Virus record (IMG/VR): IMGVR_UViG_3300045135_002615
Coordinates: 62,001 to 126,000 of that record
DNA: 64,000 nucleotides
Strand: one strand, 5' to 3'
Positions 10,566 to 20,260 of this stretch are shown piece by piece. Position numbers and translations under genes: made by a program. The notes under the pieces are model-generated. The model saw only the letters and a program-made list of their open reading frames with translations, made no database searches and was not told where the DNA came from. The number at the start of each line of letters is the position of its first letter. The stretch's first letter is position 1.

Positions 10566-12289
10566 TGGGGAGCGACCTTGATCCCCGCTCCTTTGAGTGT
10601 GTCTTTAACTTCAGAGATAACCTCATCAACAACCACGTCTGAAGTCAAGTCTCTGACCGCATCAACGATAGGCTTGGGAATGTCGAGTAGGTTCCTCAAG
10701 GTCTGTCCACATGTGATGTAGTTATTAGTGGTGAGTTCCTTCTCGAACTTCTTTGGAAGTACAAGTTGTATGAGCCTCATTCTTGTAGCTTCTGCCATCG
10801 GTACGGCAATGATAGACTCTAGGTATTTTTTGTCCTTCTCTTTAAAGAGACCCTTACAATAGCTCCTGAACCTGATGTCGGGGTCAACATTTATATCAAG
10901 CTTTAAGTCTTGATACTTCATGGTGTACTTGAGCATGGTCTCCTTGAACTTTGTACGATCAAGCATCATAGACTCAACAGGCATATATCCATTAACAGCA
11001 CTCCACAAAGTGTCGATGACATGCTCTGGGTTCTCTGCTGTATTGACAATGTTGCGGATCATGGTTGACCATGCAGTAGGACCACCATGTAAAGACCCCT
11101 CAAGTACAACGCTTCTACCTCCTGAAGTGACCGTAAAAGGACCATTAACAGCTAGGAAGAGATTGACCCATTGGGGGACGGACTTCTCGTACTTCCTAAG
11201 TCTCTTGAAGTAGATGGTCTTACCTGCTCTCTTCTCACCAAAGTATCGGTGATTAGGGTCTATACAATCCTCTACGAAGTCTACGAGATTCTTGAGTTGA
11301 GGTAGGGTGAGGCGACTGAACCTCTTGATGACGAGAGGGGCGAGCTTAGAACTTGACACCTCTGAGCAGATCTCAGCGATTTGTTGTACGAGTTCATCAT
11401 TCCATTTAAGACCTACGATGAACATCCAATCCTCATCAACCATACGATTGACCTCAATACCGAGGTTGTACTTGATGTGGTTGATATAGTCGGGGTCCAT
11501 AGGGTCAATGTCTGTAGGGATAAGACCCTTACGACCCTCAACAATCAAGTCCTCCATCTCATCTCGGTAGTCATTGGGGGCGGCGAGAGAGTCCATCTCA
11601 TCGCCCTTGAAGTCTTCAGGTGCGAACCCACTTACAAGTGCTTGATCCACTTGGTTACCTGGTTTGGTCTTAACTTTGCGTACTCCCTTTGGGTTGTGTT
11701 GGCTGTTGATATAACCCATCACAGAACCGATGGCGGTGGCAATGCTTGAGAAGATACCTGGGTTCTTATGGAGACGATACCATACACCACCCTTAAGCTG
11801 TGAAGGGGACAGACCCATCGAGGTACGGGGTGGGTCAGGTGTGGCACTGTTTTGTGAGTGCGGTGTCAGGAAGTACCTGACATAAATCTCGGTTCCGAAG
11901 TCTTGGTGATCTGGAGCACCCCTATAGATGTAAGCACCCTTCTTGAGTAGCTTACCCCATGCCTTACCACCTTCACCTTTCCACTCTTGCATGATCTTGC
12001 TATGGGCTTCACGATCTTGAGCTTTGAGTTGCTTTTGAAGATTGTCGTAGTTACTAGGGTTTGTAGAAGGGGAAGGGACAGCGGAGGTCTCCCCAAGAGC
12101 ATGGAGTGCCGCCCAAGCGGTGTAGTAATACTGAGACTCCGTATGTTGCTTATTCTGAACAAGGTAGCCACCAAAAGCTGTCTTGACCCATGCTTGACAA
12201 GCGAACTTGATCACTGAGCTCTTATTCGATGCTCTTTTTGAGTTGAAGAAGAGCCACTCGCTCGCCATCTTTAATTGTTTTGAACCCAT
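10562..12289 (-). CDS. Uncharacterised late protein, 575 aa; N-terminus MGSKQLKMAS
   Basis: Long ORF; start moved to 12289 (GGAG SD; late motif at 12331-12343). Confidence 0.7.
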   Translation of the reverse strand: MGSKQLKMASEWLFFNSKRASNKSSVIKFACQAWVKTAFGGYLVQNKQHTESQYYYTAWAALHALGETSAVPSPSTNPSNYDNLQKQLKAQDREAHSKIMQEWKGEGGKAWGKLLKKGAYIYRGAPDHQDFGTEIYVRYFLTPHSQNSATPDPPRTSMGLSPSQLKGGVWYRLHKNPGIFSSIATAIGSVMGYINSQHNPKGVRKVKTKPGNQVDQALVSGFAPEDFKGDEMDSLAAPNDYRDEMEDLIVEGRKGLIPTDIDPMDPDYINHIKYNLGIEVNRMVDEDWMFIVGLKWNDELVQQIAEICSEVSSSKLAPLVIKRFSRLTLPQLKNLVDFVEDCIDPNHRYFGEKRAGKTIYFKRLRKYEKSVPQWVNLFLAVNGPFTVTSGGRSVVLEGSLHGGPTAWSTMIRNIVNTAENPEHVIDTLWSAVNGYMPVESMMLDRTKFKETMLKYTMKYQDLKLDINVDPDIRFRSYCKGLFKEKDKKYLESIIAVPMAEATRMRLIQLVLPKKFEKELTTNNYITCGQTLRNLLDIPKPIVDAVRDLTSDVVVDEVISEVKDTLKGAGIKVAPQ

Positions 12290-12330
12290 AGGACTACTCT
12301 CCCCCATGTCATTATTGATGTATGTAAAGG

Positions 12331-12343
12331 ATAAAGAAACTAT
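12331..12343 (-). promoter_or_regulatory. Late-promoter motif ATA-GTTTC-TTTAT
   Basis: 42 nt upstream of ATG 12289. Confidence 0.65.
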
Positions 12344-12352
12344 AACAGTGAC

Positions 12353-12381
12353 TTGACACGAGTTTACCATTAGTGTAAGGT
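12353..12381 (+). promoter_or_regulatory. Host sigma70-type promoter for the sigma-like gene
   Basis: TTGACA (12353-12358), 17 nt spacer, TAAGGT (12376-12381). Confidence 0.6.
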
Positions 12382-12451
12382 GACTTACGACCACGATCCG
12401 TCATAACGTGACATCATCCAGGTCGTATATAAACCCTTACGAGGAGTACCA

Positions 12452-13309
12452 ATGCTAAGACTAAAGAACCTTAAGGCGACTACCGTCATTGATGAGATGA
12501 ACCACCTCACCAAGATGGAGACCGCAAAGATTGATCTCCTAACAGAGATGAAGCGTGTGATGAAGTCCCCACGACCTTCTAGGCGGGCTGACCCCACCGC
12601 CGCGTGGAACGCCACACAGCGTTGGCTGTATGATGGCAAAGCGGAGAACTACGAGAAGCTCCGCAAACTCTGTCTCCGCCGTATTGAGGGTGACGAGTCA
12701 GCGGGTGATCTTGGTGACCAGCTCTATGAGGATTACTTCATGGATTGGATTGCTGACATCACCCGTAAAGACACACTTGACGAGAAGATCGAGAAGGGCG
12801 AGAAGATCAACTTCAACGCTCTCTATTGGTGGTATCGTCAGTTCGTCCAACGTGCCTCGATGAAGGCTGCCCAAGATGCACACAGCCGAGCACGAGGTGC
12901 TAAGACCCAAAGTGAACTGAGCCTCAACCGCCCTCACCTCCATGACCTTGACAAGATGGAGGGTACAGGTTTCGCTACTGCTAACGTAGTGTATAACCTA
13001 GATGCTGAAACAGGTGCTCAAATCGGTGAGCCTGACTACTACATTGAGGAGTACGAAAGTCCCGTGGAGCAAGAGCTCCACATGGAGAGTGTATACGCCC
13101 AAGTCAAGAACCTCCTCACCAATCGACATGGCGAGGAGGAGGGTGGCTCAAGGTACAAGCTCTTTGAGCAGATGATGGAAGGTAAGGGGGGCTTCCAAAA
13201 CAAAGACGAGTGGGCAGCCTCTTGGGGGGTCTCCCGCTCTGTACTCAACAAGCGTATTGAAGCGGTTGAGAAGCTCCTCCAACGCAACAAGAGCCTCTTT
13301 TACCCTTAA
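12452..13309 (+). CDS. Divergent sigma70-family (ECF-like) sigma factor
   Basis: Helical region-2-like segment (EDYFMDWI...ALYWWYRQFVQR); C-terminal HTH KDEWAASWGVSRSVLNKRIEAVEKLL; GAGGAG SD. Confidence 0.6.
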   Translation: MLRLKNLKATTVIDEMNHLTKMETAKIDLLTEMKRVMKSPRPSRRADPTAAWNATQRWLYDGKAENYEKLRKLCLRRIEGDESAGDLGDQLYEDYFMDWIADITRKDTLDEKIEKGEKINFNALYWWYRQFVQRASMKAAQDAHSRARGAKTQSELSLNRPHLHDLDKMEGTGFATANVVYNLDAETGAQIGEPDYYIEEYESPVEQELHMESVYAQVKNLLTNRHGEEEGGSRYKLFEQMMEGKGGFQNKDEWAASWGVSRSVLNKRIEAVEKLLQRNKSLFYP

Positions 13310-13689
13310 AGGTACTTGATGCTCTCAGCGTCGTAGAAGAACGCCTCTATGCTACTTTTGATCTGCTTAAAGTGGCGAGCGATAATGCGGGCTCTCCTTG
13401 CACCTTGTGGCAAGAGGAACATAGACCTCCTATCAAGGCTGATCTCAGCGATGATGGAGGGGTCATATTGGGTCCCCGCTTTAATCACCATGATCTGAGT
13501 GCCAGAGATTAAGACTTCATAATCCACATGAGATAATCCAACCTGCTTATCAAGCACCATTCTTGCAATGCCAAGAGTGGTGCTTTTTTTTGTCTTGGTC
13601 CTACGCATAGAATCGTACATGACGAGATCATAGCGGGGGTCTATCCCTTTGGTGTGGTGACGAAACTGTGAGATATAGTCTATCAGCAT
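13306..13689 (-). CDS. Hypothetical protein, 127 aa
   Basis: ORF directly downstream of 13691..14524 with AAGG SD. Confidence 0.6.
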   Translation of the reverse strand: MLIDYISQFRHHTKGIDPRYDLVMYDSMRRTKTKKSTTLGIARMVLDKQVGLSHVDYEVLISGTQIMVIKAGTQYDPSIIAEISLDRRSMFLLPQGARRARIIARHFKQIKSSIEAFFYDAESIKYL

Positions 13690-13690
13690 A

Positions 13691-14524
13691 TCAGATGACC
13701 TTCACCTTGTAACCCTTACGCATGAGATACTTAACAACACGCTCCTTAAGAGCCTTCATGTGGGTTTTATGCTGGGTCAAGCTGTCTTTGTAGATGTTTC
13801 CGGTGACTGAGATCGTTTGCTTAGAAAGCATGACCCACAGTATAGATGGCGGATAACTAAACGCCTTGTTCGCCAATATGAACCCAAAATGATTATTTGC
13901 ATCTGAGAGCTCAAGCACACCTCCCTGTAGGGCTTTTTTTGCATGAAGATCATCAATAGCCTTATAAATAGCACCCTCTTGACCCAAGGAGGGCTGCCAA
14001 CGTGAGCTAGGGTCAAACCCGTTGCGTACCCTGACCATATAAGGGGAGGACAACTTTGAGACAGTCTTCTCATAAGGCGAAGGACCAAAGAAACCTGCGG
14101 TCTTTTTGACTGAAGAGACACGGAGGGCTTTCTTTAGGGTGAATGCCATGTCTTTGAAAGAGTTAAGGGACGCCTCTTTGGATACCTTAAACTCATATTT
14201 TTCCATGAGCCTTATAACTGCGACAGATAAGTTGCCTCGATTTAACCAAACTGCCCCATTTGTATATTCAATGCTATAGGGCAGTCCCTCGTTAACCGTT
14301 GATTGAGGAGCAACCTTAATAAGGTACCTTATTGCGTCCACTCCCCTTAGCCCCCTTTTATCAATGTCCTTATCTGGACTAGGGACGTAAATGACCTCAT
14401 ATACAGGTAGGTCACCAAGCGTGCTCTCAATATTCTCTTTTCTTCCAAAGATCGCCTCTTTCTCAAGCTCTGCGATACGAGTTTCAAGTTGGGCGATTTT
14501 CTGACTTGCTGTTAAGTGTCTCAT
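13691..14524 (-). CDS. Leader-bearing protein A (277 aa), possibly two tandem related domains
   Basis: Starts MRHLTASQKIAQLETRIAELEKEA; GAAGGAG SD; internal KEAS and KTAG. Confidence 0.8.
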   Translation of the reverse strand: MRHLTASQKIAQLETRIAELEKEAIFGRKENIESTLGDLPVYEVIYVPSPDKDIDKRGLRGVDAIRYLIKVAPQSTVNEGLPYSIEYTNGAVWLNRGNLSVAVIRLMEKYEFKVSKEASLNSFKDMAFTLKKALRVSSVKKTAGFFGPSPYEKTVSKLSSPYMVRVRNGFDPSSRWQPSLGQEGAIYKAIDDLHAKKALQGGVLELSDANNHFGFILANKAFSYPPSILWVMLSKQTISVTGNIYKDSLTQHKTHMKALKERVVKYLMRKGYKVKVI

Positions 14525-14583
14525 GTGTACTCCTTCTATGTCTGTACCATGTGTAAACAAGAAGATAAAAGGAGTACAACATT

Positions 14584-14958
14584 ATGGGTGCAGGTATCAT
14601 GGTGAGATGCGGAGGTGAGGTTCTAATTCTCAAGAGAGCAAACTACAAAGAGGACAAGTATGCGGGCTATTGGAACTTCCCCGGTGGCACAGCAGATGAA
14701 GGTGAGACCCCATATGAAACCGCAGTCAGGGAGACTAGGGAAGAGATCGGGGTCTCCACCCCATATATCAAGATCGTTGACCATATAGGAGATCGCATCT
14801 ACACGATGTTCATCGGGCACGTCCCTATTAAGTTCAAACCAATCATAGATCATGAGCACACTGATTGGAGGTGGATACCAATCTCAGAAGTTAGTCATAT
14901 CGAGAATTTCCACCCCAAGGATAAGAGGCTCTTTGAGAGACTTAACGTGAGTTTCTGA
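14584..14958 (+). CDS. NUDIX hydrolase
   Basis: Complete Nudix box GGTADEGETPYETAVRETREEIG. Confidence 0.95.
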   Translation: MGAGIMVRCGGEVLILKRANYKEDKYAGYWNFPGGTADEGETPYETAVRETREEIGVSTPYIKIVDHIGDRIYTMFIGHVPIKFKPIIDHEHTDWRWIPISEVSHIENFHPKDKRLFERLNVSF

Positions 14959-15439
14959 GCCTATGCTTAGCGATCTCTCTTGCGTTGTTGTCCATCTCAT
15001 GTGAGGTGGGTCCCCCCTCGGTTGTAAAGGGAAAAGATAATATCAGACCAACTACTGAACCGAGCTGACCTGAGCCAAGAAGGAGACCAATGCTACCTGT
15101 TACAGTGACGAGGATTGCAATAATGGCTATCACCGCTATGGTCGCATTACTTAGTTTAAAGGTTTGTCGTAGCGAGAAATAGAAGTGGTCCCAAAGTTTT
15201 TTAAATGATGATCTCTTGGGTGCCTCCTCTAGGATCTGCATGAACTTCTCATCTTTTCGGAGTTGCTTGATCTGCCTAGCTATATCCTCCTCCCTCGCTC
15301 CTTGAGCGACCTCCACCACCGACCGAGGTATCGAGCTCAGCACTTTAGGTAGCTCCTTCAGAAGGCTGAAAATCGCCTCTTTTTCCATTTGAGCAACCTT
15401 AGCATGGGCGACTCTTTGTATCATTGCTTGTCTATTCAT
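14942..15439 (-). CDS. Membrane protein with leader variant (MNRQAMIQRVAHAKVAQMEKEAIF), 165 aa
   Basis: GGAGG SD at the revised start; long hydrophobic segment IAVIAIIAILVTVTGSIGLLLG...VVGLILSF. Confidence 0.75.
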   Translation of the reverse strand: MNRQAMIQRVAHAKVAQMEKEAIFSLLKELPKVLSSIPRSVVEVAQGAREEDIARQIKQLRKDEKFMQILEEAPKRSSFKKLWDHFYFSLRQTFKLSNATIAVIAIIAILVTVTGSIGLLLGSGQLGSVVGLILSFPFTTEGGPTSHEMDNNAREIAKHRLRNSR

Positions 15440-15499
15440 CTTGCACCTCCATATAGGACATATACATGGCAAGAGACATATAAAAAAAAATCTACTAAA

Positions 15500-16582
15500 T
15501 TACCATGCTTGGAAGTGAAGCCCTATAGACCATGTGTTAGACCCATCTGACCCATACACCCAACCCACACCCGGAGCTACATTCAATGCCTTCCCTGCAA
15601 ACATCATATGATAAGTCCCCATCACCCCTAAGTAGGGAACGCCCACCGTCAAGATCACGTTAGCCCCTAGTCGATACTTGCCTTCAACCGCATTGACCAA
15701 TGAAGCACCTACACTCAAACCGAACCCTGTGCTCTGATAGGTTGAACCGATTAGTAAAGAAGGCTCAAAGAGCTTAAGACCCCTCCCCGTTTGACTAGGG
15801 TCTACCTTTGGAGTGTAAGTGAATGACCCTTGTAAGTTGGGGTCTCCCTCTAACAGGGTCTGCTCTGCAATCGAGACAAAGCCTTTTTCAGGGTCTACAT
15901 AGCCTGCATAGATGTGAACCCCTTGATTTTGAGCAGCTCCTGAGCCGAGCTTGTTAGGGTCTTCACTATATCCTATCGTGACGACCTTGAAGGCAAGGTT
16001 GAGGTCAAGAGCATACTGACCCTCCCATAGATTAGGGGTCGAAAAGCGAGCAAGGGGTGAGCCATTGACCTTGTAAGGGCTCTCCCAACTAAACTCAAAA
16101 GGCTCACAACGCTCAGGATGATCCGCACACCTGACTTGGTCTTGCTTAGATACACCTTTCCATGTGCTTGGAGGAGGGGGCGTCTTAGCTCTATCTACTT
16201 TGCCTCCGATGCGGCGGATGCCTTCATTAAGGCGAGTCTCCATGTGTGTGAAGCGTACACCAATACTGTCTATACGAGCATTTGTCTGATCAAGGAAGCG
16301 GTCAAGCTCTCTGCGTGTACTCTCATCAAGACCTTCCATAACTTCACGGGTACGATTGATCACCTCAGCTTGAGTGACCATGCGGCTCTCGACCTGGTTG
16401 AGTTGAGTATTGAGCTGAGAGATGACGCGGGCTTGCTCAGATAGCTTACCCTCAAGCTGCTCCTTGATCGTTTGGTTGAGGCTTTGAGACTTGTAGTTTG
16501 TCCACCATGTGGAGCCGAGGTTAAGGATGACTAGAGTGGCGAGGGCATAAAGACCTCGATTAAAAAGCATAGTGGGTTCCAT
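15500..16582 (-). CDS. Envelope protein: N-terminal TM, coiled coil, C-terminal amphipathic beta-strands
   Basis: Hydrophobic residues about 9-28; heptad-rich 30-125; alternating-pattern strands ending WSIGLHFQAW. Confidence 0.65.
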   Translation of the reverse strand: MEPTMLFNRGLYALATLVILNLGSTWWTNYKSQSLNQTIKEQLEGKLSEQARVISQLNTQLNQVESRMVTQAEVINRTREVMEGLDESTRRELDRFLDQTNARIDSIGVRFTHMETRLNEGIRRIGGKVDRAKTPPPPSTWKGVSKQDQVRCADHPERCEPFEFSWESPYKVNGSPLARFSTPNLWEGQYALDLNLAFKVVTIGYSEDPNKLGSGAAQNQGVHIYAGYVDPEKGFVSIAEQTLLEGDPNLQGSFTYTPKVDPSQTGRGLKLFEPSLLIGSTYQSTGFGLSVGASLVNAVEGKYRLGANVILTVGVPYLGVMGTYHMMFAGKALNVAPGVGWVYGSDGSNTWSIGLHFQAW

Positions 16583-16681
16583 GATTTATCTCCATCTTAG
16601 GGTTGGTCTACTGAGATTACCATAGCCTTGAAGGGTAGGCTTACTATAAAGTAGACAACTATCATTTAACGGAGCACAGAC

Positions 16682-19285
16682 ATGAACTTCTTAGACGCAT
16701 TGACACAAGTCAATCGACCCAACATCAGCCCTAAGCCTTGGATGGCAGAGTGCGAGCTTATTTTCGGAACAAGAGACAACCTCGACAAGTGCATTGACGA
16801 GTGTATCAACTCTCCTACAGGCTTCTATGGTCTTGACACCGAGACTACAGGTCTTGACACGCGAGTATTCAACGGAAAGACAAGAGACACCATCGTGGGC
16901 ATCTGTCTCGCCCCGACCAAAGACAAGGGCTACTACTTCCCTGTCGCCCATAAAGAGGGAGTAGAGCACAACATTCCATGGAGGATCATGGGTCCTGCCC
17001 TTGAGCGTCTGTTTGATGTGTCTGTTAAGGCTATCCCTATCTTCCACAACAGCTCTTTTGATATGGAGGTGTTGGAGTTCAACGGATTCACCAAGCAACG
17101 TCTAGGTGAGAAGCGTTGGGACTCTCAGGCAGGGTGGCACGACACCTATATCTTGCAGTATCTCCTCAACCCTCGTGAGAAGGGCGGGCGTGGTCTTAAG
17201 CACTTGACGAACGTCCACCTCAAGAGGGAGATGATCGAGCTCTATGAGTTGTTTGGCATGGATAAGAAGGGTAGTAACTTGAACTACTCTCAACTAGACC
17301 CCTCATGGGAGCCTTGTGTGTGGTACGCCGCGAGTGATGCCATGTGTACGCTTGGGCTCTTTGAGATCCTCTATGCCGAGTATACAAGTAAGCCTGAGCA
17401 TACCAACTTCATCTATGCGTTGGAGAAGTCCTGTGCTTCCGCTACGCGGTGGATGCACCGCAACAGGGTCTACATTGATAGGGACACCGCCCTGAGCTAT
17501 GCCCAATCGGGTCAGAAGCTGTGGTTTGACTCTCTCGTAGAGGTCTACGAGGGTGCGTCAGAGATCCTTGGGCGTAATATTATGCCCAACTATGTACGCA
17601 TCTTGAAGGGAGAGCTGAAGGGTATGAACCGCTTCAATCCCGATGAGGTCGAGGGTATGAGCTACAAGGTACGCCTCGATGAAGCTCGTAAAGAGGCATT
17701 ACGCTTACACCCTGACCCTACAGAGGTGCTCACTAAGTCTGTCCCATACATTGACCGAGATGCAGGTACGGAGAGTGTTGAGTTCCCCTTAGTCTATGAC
17801 ATCATGTCACCACAGCAGTTCGGTCTGCTTTTGAGAGAGTTGGGTGTACCTGGCTTGAAGGCATCTGAGAAGTCGGGTCAAGTGGTCACGTCTAAAGATG
17901 TGATTGAAGTCGTGATCAAAGAGGCGAGTGAGACTTTCCCCTTCATGAAGAAGGTTAAGACCTTCCGTGAGCTAGGTAAGGCTATGGGTCAATACCTCAT
18001 CCCCTTCGTGGAGGATGTGGGTCCCGATGGGACACTCAAGCCCAAGTTTGATCAGTTCGCTGCCGATACGGGTCGCTTCTCATGTAAGACAAACAGCAAG
18101 CCTTGGAAGGTGCTTGATGGTGGCTGTCGTGTACCCTTTCAAGGTATTCCTGCGACCTATGATCCTAACAAGCCCGAAGCTATCGCCAAGATGCGTAAGT
18201 GTGTAGCTGTTAGAAACCCTGACTATTGGCTCGCGGCGATTGACTACGCAGGTGTAGAGTTAAGGCTCGTCACCAACTTGAGCGGTGAACCTCTATGGGA
18301 AGATGCCTTCTTCCGTTGTTCGGAGTGTGGTAAGGATTACCCTAAAGACATTCAAGAGGATGGATTTGCGGAAGCCCCTCCTGCGATCTGCTCATGTGGG
18401 TCGGATAAGATCGGTGATCTCCACACGATCACGGCGGTAGCCTTTTATGGAGAGGGAGCTAAGAAGCAAGACGATTGGAAGAAGCTCCGTGGTAACGGCA
18501 AGTCCTGTAACTTTGCTCTCTCTTATGGAGGTACGGGCAAGGCGGTACAGAGGTCTATTAAGGGTTGCTCAGCAGAGGAGGGTGAGGAGAAGTACAAGCT
18601 CTTTACCAAGACGTACAAGACGTTGACTGCGTGGTGGGCTCAGCAACACGCTTTTGGGCGTAAGCATGGTTTTGTAAAGACGGGCTTAGGTAGGGTTCAG
18701 CCCCTCCCTGACATCAACAACAAGAAGGAGTTTGGTCTCCGTTCTAAAGATGAGCGTAAGGCAGTTAATGGACCTGTACAGGGTACGAGTGCCGACATTA
18801 CTAAGCTCGCCATGAGTCTGATCTACAAAGCGGTCAAGGAGCGTGGTTGGGAAAACAAGCTCATGATGATCTTGACGGTACACGATGAGATTGTGTTTGA
18901 GATTCACAAGGACATCTTGAAGGAGGGTATTGAGCTACTCTGTGAGTTGATGACCCGTAATGAGGCGGTCAAGCGTATGAAGTGGCCTGTACCTTTGCTC
19001 GTAGACGTAGAGCTAGGTAAGGATTGGACAGTCCCTTACGACCTCAAAGAGATCAGAGAGGGCGAGGGGGATCCTGAGCTAGTCAAAATCTTTGGTGGTG
19101 TAAAGCCTTCGGAGAAGCCTGTTGAGGAGGAAGCTCCTAAGCAGGAGAAGCCGAAGGTGGACACACTTGAGATTGACGAGTTGACTGCGGATAGTGCGGT
19201 CAAGGTGGCGATGTGGGTTAGGGAGAGAGAGGGAGAGTGGGACGTGATCTATAGTGGGAGATCAGTCAAGGCACTACTCGTTTAA
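16682..19285 (+). CDS. polA: DNA polymerase family A with 3'-5' exonuclease (Phe762 type)
   Basis: ExoI DTETTG, ExoII HNSSFD, ExoIII YAASDA; motif A DYAGVELR; motif B RGNGKSCNFALSYG; motif C TVHDEIVFE. Confidence 0.97.
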   Translation: MNFLDALTQVNRPNISPKPWMAECELIFGTRDNLDKCIDECINSPTGFYGLDTETTGLDTRVFNGKTRDTIVGICLAPTKDKGYYFPVAHKEGVEHNIPWRIMGPALERLFDVSVKAIPIFHNSSFDMEVLEFNGFTKQRLGEKRWDSQAGWHDTYILQYLLNPREKGGRGLKHLTNVHLKREMIELYELFGMDKKGSNLNYSQLDPSWEPCVWYAASDAMCTLGLFEILYAEYTSKPEHTNFIYALEKSCASATRWMHRNRVYIDRDTALSYAQSGQKLWFDSLVEVYEGASEILGRNIMPNYVRILKGELKGMNRFNPDEVEGMSYKVRLDEARKEALRLHPDPTEVLTKSVPYIDRDAGTESVEFPLVYDIMSPQQFGLLLRELGVPGLKASEKSGQVVTSKDVIEVVIKEASETFPFMKKVKTFRELGKAMGQYLIPFVEDVGPDGTLKPKFDQFAADTGRFSCKTNSKPWKVLDGGCRVPFQGIPATYDPNKPEAIAKMRKCVAVRNPDYWLAAIDYAGVELRLVTNLSGEPLWEDAFFRCSECGKDYPKDIQEDGFAEAPPAICSCGSDKIGDLHTITAVAFYGEGAKKQDDWKKLRGNGKSCNFALSYGGTGKAVQRSIKGCSAEEGEEKYKLFTKTYKTLTAWWAQQHAFGRKHGFVKTGLGRVQPLPDINNKKEFGLRSKDERKAVNGPVQGTSADITKLAMSLIYKAVKERGWENKLMMILTVHDEIVFEIHKDILKEGIELLCELMTRNEAVKRMKWPVPLLVDVELGKDWTVPYDLKEIREGEGDPELVKIFGGVKPSEKPVEEEAPKQEKPKVDTLEIDELTADSAVKVAMWVREREGEWDVIYSGRSVKALLV

Positions 19286-19662
19286 ATGAAAATCCCATCC
19301 AACCTCCTGACGTTGGTTTTGTTTTGGAGTTCACGTTTTAACTCACGAGCAACTCTCTTAGGATTTGAGGCATAAGTGAGTTGCAACCAATCAACCCTGA
19401 TTGAAAATGAAGGGTCATTCCTACCAATGACTTCAACTTGCATATCAGCTTCTCTCCCCTGACTGTCAGTCAGCTCATATTTGACGTAGTAACCTCCGTG
19501 GGAATAAGAGTTCTTAAGGTTTATCTGCTCAACCTTATAACCTTCGTCCTCAAACACCTTCTCAATATCCTTTAAATATCTTAGGGGGTGTGCTTTTTTC
19601 TCAAGACGAGCGATACGGGATTCGAGGTGGGCGATTTTCTGACTGGCTGTTAGGTGTCTCAT
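19282..19662 (-). CDS. Leader-bearing protein B (126 aa)
   Basis: Starts MRHLTASQKIAHLESRIARLEKKA; AAAGGAGG SD 6 nt upstream. Confidence 0.8.
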   Translation of the reverse strand: MRHLTASQKIAHLESRIARLEKKAHPLRYLKDIEKVFEDEGYKVEQINLKNSYSHGGYYVKYELTDSQGREADMQVEVIGRNDPSFSIRVDWLQLTYASNPKRVARELKRELQNKTNVRRLDGIFI

Positions 19663-19728
19663 GAACATCCTCCTTTAGATTGGTTATGACTTGGGTACGA
19701 TAAAAGAACTATCAAAGGAGTGGACAAC

Positions 19729-20259
19729 ATGAGACCTAACAAAGACCTATATATGGAGTGCAACGATCAAGGCACTCTATCAGCTAAAGACTTTGAGGAC
19801 ACCTTCTGCAAAGTCTGCAAGAATAGAGAGTGTGTACGCTCAGGGTGGGCTTTCAGCACATGGGATAAACGTATCCTTACCCAAGTAGACCGACTACTCG
19901 TCAACCCCAACATCGTTGATCAAAACGAGTCTATGGATTGGAGAGAGATCGCCAACTTCGAGGTCTTCCAAGAGCCTGAGAAGATTGAGGTGTGGGGTGG
20001 CTCTCCTCCTCCACAAGCTATCATCATATCAGAACCCCCTCCTCCCAAAGAAGAGACAAAATCTGAGCCCGTAGCCCCCCAAACACCCCCTCAAGAGCCA
20101 ACCTATGAGCCCTTGAACTCAAGCCCCCCCTCTTTCAACACTTCAAGCCATGAGATCATACTTGGGTCAGGTCCACTACCACCACCAACCCCTCAAGCAG
20201 ACCCTTGGGCAGTCACCAACACGGTGAAGGTTGGTGGTAAGTTCAAGATGGGAGGGTGA
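19729..20259 (+). CDS. Cys-rich (putative Zn-binding) protein with Pro-rich C-terminal half
   Basis: ECN...FCKVCKNRECVRS; AAAGGAG SD before ATG at 19729. Confidence 0.7.
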   Translation: MRPNKDLYMECNDQGTLSAKDFEDTFCKVCKNRECVRSGWAFSTWDKRILTQVDRLLVNPNIVDQNESMDWREIANFEVFQEPEKIEVWGGSPPPQAIIISEPPPPKEETKSEPVAPQTPPQEPTYEPLNSSPPSFNTSSHEIILGSGPLPPPTPQADPWAVTNTVKVGGKFKMGG

Positions 20260-20260
20260 T

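Noticed and set aside
16682-19285. Intein, intron or base-modified-DNA polymerase
   Set aside because: No splice motifs or homing endonuclease; catalytic motifs are canonical; no modification genes recognised nearby
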